From an archaeon (lineage in GTDB: Archaea; Iainarchaeota; Iainarchaeia; Iainarchaeales; CSSED10-239), in NCBI GenBank assembly GCA_035387745.1, contig DAOOON010000021.1:1480-11361 (forward strand): 9,882 nt of DNA, in the 5' to 3' direction. The notes beneath the pieces were generated by a model that made no database searches, had not been told where the DNA came from, and saw nothing but the letters and a program-made list of their open reading frames with translations. Positions 5,379 through 9,882 of this stretch are shown in pieces. The position numbers were made by a program, and so were the translations under genes. Position 1 is the first letter of the stretch. Every line of letters starts with the position of its first letter.

Positions 5379-6329
5379 ATGAAAACAGAATTTAAATACA
5401 TTCCGCCGTTCTTACCACAAGAGATTTTACAAAAAATAAAGATTGTTGAAAAAAATAACATAAGAACAATTACTTTTCATAATAAAGAACAACTAGAGTT
5501 TGCAAAGAAATCAAAAGATTTCTTAGAGGATTTCTTGGATTTCTACGGGTCTTCTAGAATCGATAAATCCAGAATAAAGTTTGGAGGAAAAGAGTTTAGG
5601 CCAAATGTTTTTTTTGATACAGTACTATTAGAATATTTAAGCAATTGCGCATACACTGAAAAAAAAGAAATTATCAATTCATTAGTTAAGCTTTCTGGCA
5701 AGTATTCAGAAATAGAGCTAGCAAACAAGTTTTCTTTGTTTTTAATAAATCTAAAAAAACTAAGTAAATCTTATGCAAAAGACGGCTTACATAAATCCAT
5801 AATGCCTACATTAAGATCTTTATATAATAATACAATACCAAGAGAACCACACGTAATAAAGTTTAATAAGAAATGTAAAGAAACCTATTCTGGGTTTATT
5901 AGAGCAATAAGGTCTGGCACTATAACTACAGACAAGGTAGTTGTTGATGGTAAAGAAAGAAGAATGTTTTTTAAGTCTCTTGTAGGTTCAACAGAAACAG
6001 ATGTTTTTACTAAACGCGAAAATAAATCCCTAAAGTCAAAAGAAATAGACCTAAATGAAGGCCATCTAGAATTGGCTTTAGATCCTATGACTTTTGATAT
6101 TTATGCAATAAGAACAAAAGACAGAATTCATTTTGGAACGCCAGCAGAAAAACTATTGGGTAATTGGATGCCAAAAGATAAAGAGCAGTTTATGAAAGAG
6201 CTAGTAAAAACAGAACTTGAAAAACATTTAAACAAAGTTTATGCAAAACGAAAAAATGGCAAAGTGATTGTTCCAGGAATACAAAGAATGAAGGAAACAC
6301 ACAGAAGAATGTCTTCTAAAGCCAGATAG
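5379..6329 (+). CDS. Hypothetical basic protein (316 aa), family not recognised, apparently co-transcribed with rpa
   Basis: A long uninterrupted ORF starts 3 nt after the rpa stop codon (TAA aac ATG). Codon and amino-acid usage match the neighbours. It has no Walker, DHH, Zn/Fe-S Cys or primase motifs that I can see. The C-terminal ~35 residues are strongly basic (KHLNKVYAKRKNGKVIVPGIQRMKETHRRMSSKAR). There are no TM segments. Confidence 0.6.
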   Translation: MKTEFKYIPPFLPQEILQKIKIVEKNNIRTITFHNKEQLEFAKKSKDFLEDFLDFYGSSRIDKSRIKFGGKEFRPNVFFDTVLLEYLSNCAYTEKKEIINSLVKLSGKYSEIELANKFSLFLINLKKLSKSYAKDGLHKSIMPTLRSLYNNTIPREPHVIKFNKKCKETYSGFIRAIRSGTITTDKVVVDGKERRMFFKSLVGSTETDVFTKRENKSLKSKEIDLNEGHLELALDPMTFDIYAIRTKDRIHFGTPAEKLLGNWMPKDKEQFMKELVKTELEKHLNKVYAKRKNGKVIVPGIQRMKETHRRMSSKAR

Positions 6330-6330
6330 T

Positions 6331-6376
6331 TTGGTTTTTTCCCCTTCACTTCCTGTATTGTTTTTGTTAGTTTTTA
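6331..6376 (+). terminator. Pyrimidine/oligo-T rich tract, candidate archaeal intrinsic terminator after the rpa-orf316 unit
   Basis: A T6 run lies at 6335-6340, just after the TAG stop at 6327-6329. T5 runs follow at 6361-6365 and 6371-6375. Archaeal RNA polymerase terminates at oligo-T tracts. This is the only sizeable + strand intergenic gap (122 nt) in the cluster. Confidence 0.35.
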
Positions 6377-6439
6377 TGAATAACTATAGGCTTTTCCTAA
6401 GTAGACAAGCATATAACGCATTTGACATAATATAATATA

Positions 6440-6445
6440 GGGGAT
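6440..6445 (+). promoter_or_regulatory. Shine-Dalgarno-like site (GGGGAT) for mcm
   Basis: TAGGGGATTAATATATG places GGGGAT 6 nt upstream of ATG 6452. A/T-rich TATA-like strings (CATATAAC at about 6410-6417, ATAATATAATATA at about 6428-6440) lie upstream. The TSS cannot be placed from sequence alone. Confidence 0.4.
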
Positions 6446-6451
6446 TAATAT

Positions 6452-8578
6452 ATGACAGAGTTTGATTTTGATGAAGTCGATGAGGGCCTAAGTGGTCAAA
6501 CGAATTTAGCTTTAGATGAATATATCTCTGTGTTTACTGATTTTCTAGAAGCAGTCTATAAAAAAGAAATAGAAATTCTAGCTTCAAATTATCCAGATAA
6601 AAAAAGCCTAGATATTGATTATAAAAAACTAGAAGCCTATGATCTTAATATTGCAGAAAGATTAATAGAAAACCCTAATTTAATTATTGAAGCAGCAACT
6701 GCAGCTCTAAGAAGAATTGATGTTGGTATCTTAGAGCAAACAGACCAAAAGTTTGAGCCACATATAAGATTTTTTAATCTCCCAGAGGAATATCGTGTTG
6801 ATATTAGAGACATTGGTTCAAAGCATCTTACAAGTTTGATATCAGCAGAAGGAATGATTAGGCAAATTACAGAAAGACTACAAAAGATGACAGATGCTCA
6901 TTTTATTTGTAGGAAGTGTCAAAATTCTTATACTATTAAACAAACAACTCAAACTCTAACAAAGCCAATCATGTGCGACTGTAAGTCTAGAGAGTTTGAT
7001 TTAGATCTTGAACAAAGTAAATTTATTGATTATCAAAAGCTTGAGATTCAAGAGCCTATAGAAAATCTAAAAGGTAGCGAACAAGCAAACCACGTTGAGG
7101 TTTTTATTTCTGACGATCTTGTTAATTCTTGTTCTGCTGGTGACAAGATAATTGTAACTGGTATAGTTAAACTAAAGCCACAGAAAGACACAAATATGTT
7201 TAACAAGTACATGATAGCAAACCATGTAGAAAAAGTTGATCAAGAATTTGAAGAGCTTGATATAACTCCTGATGAAATTGAAGAAATTAAACAGCTTTCT
7301 AAAAAAGAAGACATCTACGAGTTATTAGCGCAATCAATTGCTCCAAAGATTTATGGTCACGACATTGTTAAGCAAGCAATTACTCTTCAGATGTTTGGTG
7401 GTGTAAAAAAGAAAGTTCAAAAACAGGATTTTAGAGGAAACATTCACATTCTTCTAGTCGGTGATCCATCTACCGGTAAGTCTGAACTTTTAAGAAACGC
7501 AGCAACCATCGCTCCAAAGTCTATTTTTGTTTCTGGAAAAAGTGCATCAGGTGCCGGATTAACAGTCTCTGCAGTTAAAGATGATTTTGGCGAAGGCGGC
7601 TGGACTCTAAAGGCTGGTGCAGTAGTTCTAGCTTCTGGCGGTATAGCAATGATTGATGAATTTGATAAGATGGAAACAGAAGATAGAAGCACTCTTCACG
7701 AAGCCATGGCTCAAGCTACAGTTTCTGTTTCTAAAGCAGGACTTTATGCAAAGTTTAGAGCAGACACTTCTATTCTAGCAGCAGCAAACCCAAAGTTTAA
7801 TAGATTTGATAAGTTTAAGAATCCAATAGAGCAAATTGATCTGCCATTTTCTCTTCTTTCTAGATTTGATTTATATTTTATAATTAGAGACGTTTTAAAC
7901 AGAACTCTTGACCTAGAGCTTGGAAGACACATAATCGATGTTCAAGAGGCTGCTCAAAAGCTTTCAGCACCAGAGGGAGAACTAACAAAAGAAGAAATGG
8001 AAAAGATACAAGATACTGTTCTTCCAAAGATAGATTCAAATATTTTTAAGAAATATGTAGCATATGCTCGTCAGCAGATTAGACCAAAATTAAGTAAAGA
8101 AGCTTCTGAAAAGATTCTAAATTATTATATTGACTTAAGAGATCTTGGCAGAAAATCCGAAAGCTTTGGTGCAACCCCAAGACAGCTTGAAGGTTTAATA
8201 AGATTATCAGAGGCAAGCGCAAAGGTGCGATTAAAACACACAATAGAGCTTGAAGATGCACAAAGAGCAATAAATATCTTCAGAATTTCTCTTGAGCAAA
8301 CTGCAATCGATATGGAAACTGGTAAGATTGATATTGATATTATAACAACCGGCACCTCAACAAGCGAAAGGCAATTTATAAAAAGGGTTCTAAACATAAT
8401 TAAAGATATGACTCTTGATGGAAAAGCAGTAACTATTGCAGAAATATCAGAAACTATGGAAAAACAAAATATAGGAAGAGATAAATTAATGGATGCAATA
8501 TCAAAATTAAAGAAATCAGGAGAGCTTTATGAACCGAAAGTTGGTTTGATAAAGCCAGTAGAGCAACAACCAATGTGA
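6452..8578 (+). CDS. mcm: Minichromosome maintenance (MCM) replicative helicase, full length
   Basis: 708 aa. The N-terminal domain has a zinc motif CRKC-x18-CDC (nt 6908-6982). Other motifs are Walker A LLVGDPSTGKSELL (GDPSTGKS = nt 7460-7483), GGWTLKAGAVVLASGGIAMIDEFDKM (Walker B), sensor-1 ILAAANP, and arginine finger LLSRFDL (R at 7862-7864). The sensor-2 region is ATPRQLEGLIRLSEASAKVRL. The C-terminal winged-helix-like tail is ISETMEKQNIGRDKLMDAISKLKKSGELYEP. No intein-like insertion is present. Confidence 0.97.
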   Translation: MTEFDFDEVDEGLSGQTNLALDEYISVFTDFLEAVYKKEIEILASNYPDKKSLDIDYKKLEAYDLNIAERLIENPNLIIEAATAALRRIDVGILEQTDQKFEPHIRFFNLPEEYRVDIRDIGSKHLTSLISAEGMIRQITERLQKMTDAHFICRKCQNSYTIKQTTQTLTKPIMCDCKSREFDLDLEQSKFIDYQKLEIQEPIENLKGSEQANHVEVFISDDLVNSCSAGDKIIVTGIVKLKPQKDTNMFNKYMIANHVEKVDQEFEELDITPDEIEEIKQLSKKEDIYELLAQSIAPKIYGHDIVKQAITLQMFGGVKKKVQKQDFRGNIHILLVGDPSTGKSELLRNAATIAPKSIFVSGKSASGAGLTVSAVKDDFGEGGWTLKAGAVVLASGGIAMIDEFDKMETEDRSTLHEAMAQATVSVSKAGLYAKFRADTSILAAANPKFNRFDKFKNPIEQIDLPFSLLSRFDLYFIIRDVLNRTLDLELGRHIIDVQEAAQKLSAPEGELTKEEMEKIQDTVLPKIDSNIFKKYVAYARQQIRPKLSKEASEKILNYYIDLRDLGRKSESFGATPRQLEGLIRLSEASAKVRLKHTIELEDAQRAINIFRISLEQTAIDMETGKIDIDIITTGTSTSERQFIKRVLNIIKDMTLDGKAVTIAEISETMEKQNIGRDKLMDAISKLKKSGELYEPKVGLIKPVEQQPM

Positions 8579-8585
8579 TTAAAAA

Positions 8586-9434
8586 ATGTATAGTGCTTTA
8601 AAGGATAGAAAGTTTCTTCTTTCGTTTTTGTTTTTGTTTTTATTAGTTCAAATAATTGCAATAATTGTAACAATCAATTATCTGCCGCAGAATCTACAAT
8701 TAACTCTTGTTAATAAAGACCCAAATAGTGTTTGGAATGCTTTATTTATTGTTGGCTATATCATTTTCTTTACCGCGATAATCATAGTTTTAAGAAAAAT
8801 TTTTAAAAAACAAAATTATCTTGTAGTAATAGAGGCGCTAGCATTGTTTGGTGGTGTTTCTTTAATTTTTTCTATATTTTTACATACAATTCTAGCATAT
8901 ATTGCAACAATTTGTTTATTATTAATAAAATATTCTTTTACAAAAGAAACCATTTACACAAAATGGTATAACAATATTCTTTTAGCTATGGCAATAGCTG
9001 GCGCTGGCGCAATCATTGGTATAAGCCTTGGCATTATTCCAGTTATTGTTTTGTTAATACTTCTTGCAGTCTATGATATTATCTCTGTGTTTTTTACAAA
9101 GCACATGATTACTCTTGCAGACATGATTATTAAGAAAAAGATATCCTTATTATTTATTCTTCCAACAAAGAAAAGAGAATATAAGCTTGGCGGTGGAGAT
9201 CTTGTTATTCCGGCACTAGTCTCTTCTAGTCTTTTTGCCTTATTAATAAAGAAGTATTCAATATTACAAATATTAATTCCCATTTCTGCAATTTGGATTT
9301 CTTCAATTGCTGGATTGTTTTTAACCTTCTATATTTTAGACCGGTATAAAACAAAAGTAAAAGCTCTTCCGGCCCTTCCAATACAGGTTGCGCTAATGCT
9401 GGTTGTAATAATCATTACATTAATTAGTTCTTAG
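8586..9434 (+). CDS. Presenilin / signal-peptide-peptidase family GxGD intramembrane aspartyl protease (archaeal PSH-like, peptidase A22)
   Basis: 282 aa, polytopic, with about 8-9 hydrophobic segments. All three family hallmarks appear in the correct order. The YD motif in a TM helix is LLAVYDIISVFF (Asp codon 9075-9077). The GxGD motif is KLGGGDLVIPA (Asp codon 9198-9200). The PAL motif is KALPALPIQ (9369-9377) near the C-terminus. It starts 7 nt after the mcm stop codon, with a TGTGAT SD-like string overlapping that stop. Confidence 0.8.
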   Translation: MYSALKDRKFLLSFLFLFLLVQIIAIIVTINYLPQNLQLTLVNKDPNSVWNALFIVGYIIFFTAIIIVLRKIFKKQNYLVVIEALALFGGVSLIFSIFLHTILAYIATICLLLIKYSFTKETIYTKWYNNILLAMAIAGAGAIIGISLGIIPVIVLLILLAVYDIISVFFTKHMITLADMIIKKKISLLFILPTKKREYKLGGGDLVIPALVSSSLFALLIKKYSILQILIPISAIWISSIAGLFLTFYILDRYKTKVKALPALPIQVALMLVVIIITLISS

Positions 9435-9821
9435 AAACTCACAAGTAGTGCTTACCTCTACAAATCTTTTGTTTATTCTTGAATGATAGGATTCGCACTG
9501 ATTTTCTTTAAGATTATCCACATAATCGTTTCTTGGAGTATTAACAGAATCACAAACCCACCCTGGAGCAATAGATTCAGAAAGGCAAGGGCCAGTAGAA
9601 GACAATTCGGTTCTTATAAGTTTTTCATTACAAAGAGCAATACAATCATCAATTGCTTGTGTCTTATATTTGTCTGTTTTATTTAAGCTAGAAACAAAAC
9701 TAAGTATTGCAAATCCAATAATAAGGCAAATAACAATTACATAAACATAGACCGTAATTTTTCCTGGCTTAAACAAATCCAAACTTAGATGCTTTTCTAA
9801 TTTTTTTCTCTTTTTAGCCAT
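9420..9821 (-). CDS. Small membrane-anchored or secreted Cys-rich protein, unknown family
   Basis: 133 aa. It has a basic N-terminus (MAKKRKKLEKH), one TM/signal-anchor helix (ITVYVYVIVICLIIGFAILSFV) and an ~85-aa ectodomain with 6 Cys (CIALC...C...C...C...C). A GTGAT SD-like motif lies 9 nt upstream of the ATG on the minus strand. The antisense + ORF at 9483-9686 is shorter and has odd composition. Confidence 0.5.
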   Translation of the reverse strand: MAKKRKKLEKHLSLDLFKPGKITVYVYVIVICLIIGFAILSFVSSLNKTDKYKTQAIDDCIALCNEKLIRTELSSTGPCLSESIAPGWVCDSVNTPRNDYVDNLKENQCESYHSRINKRFVEVSTTCEFLRTN

Positions 9822-9882
9822 TTTATTAAATCACATATAATTATAATAACTAAATACTTAAAAAGTTATTTATTATTAAATA

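Noticed and set aside
4079-5728. Minus-strand ORFs 4079-4276, 4370-4633, 4976-5179 and 5543-5728.
   Set aside because: All are antisense to rpa or orf316. They are short, Ser/Leu/Ile-rich and lack motifs.
7444-8397. Minus-strand ORFs 7444-7692, 7744-7932, 8079-8270 and 8125-8397 inside mcm.
   Set aside because: They are antisense to a gene with complete MCM motifs. They overlap one another in different frames, which is typical of spurious ORFs in a stop-poor antisense frame.
6452-8578. MCM could be a mobile-element or virus-derived copy, or could carry an intein.
   Set aside because: The protein has the complete cellular architecture: N-terminal domain with zinc motif, AAA+ core and C-terminal winged-helix-like tail. 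Its length is normal and there is no insertion between the Walker motifs. It is flanked by rpa and a cellular-type protease, not by integrase or capsid genes.
9071-9686. ORFs 9071-9283 (-) and 9483-9686 (+).
   Set aside because: They are antisense to the presenilin-like gene and the Cys-rich gene respectively, and both are shorter than the genes they oppose. The presenilin-like gene has family motifs (YD, GxGD, PAL). The Cys-rich gene has an SD-like site and a clean signal-anchor helix.
1-9882. Scan for CRISPR arrays, rRNA or tRNA genes, C/D-box sRNAs, IS elements and long direct or inverted repeats.
   Set aside because: No regularly spaced repeats, no tRNA-like cloverleaf candidates in the few intergenic gaps, no RUGAUGA...CUGA box pairs in non-coding stretches, and no transposase-like ORF were seen. 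A by-eye scan cannot exclude short or degenerate elements.

Overview
This is an AT-rich window (about 30% GC by eye) that is almost entirely coding. Its gene content is archaeal and resembles a reduced, DPANN-type genome, though that lineage call is inference. I support ten protein-coding features and found no rRNA, tRNA, CRISPR array or IS element.

Left edge (1-1068): a small accessory patch holds a decayed Bro-N/DinD-like gene remnant and a vapBC-type RHH + PIN toxin-antitoxin pair.

Minus strand (1071-3914): a 768-aa FlaI/VirB11/GspE-family secretion or pilus ATPase carries a Cys-rich N-terminal extension. A small membrane-anchored beta-rich protein lies just upstream of it.

Plus strand (4056-9434): a replication-centred cluster runs as follows.
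- A replication protein A with three OB folds and a zinc ribbon.
- A 316-aa basic protein with no motif I can recognise, starting 3 nt after the RPA stop codon.
- A full-length MCM helicase.
- A compact presenilin/signal-peptide-peptidase-type GxGD intramembrane protease (YD, GxGD and PAL motifs all visible), starting 7 nt after the MCM stop codon.

Right edge: a small Cys-rich membrane-anchored protein converges on the protease gene and overlaps it by 15 nt.

The candidates most worth a second look are the unknown gene between RPA and MCM, the orphan ATPase with its upstream membrane protein, and the MCM-presenilin linkage. All family assignments come from motif recognition by eye. No database search was run.
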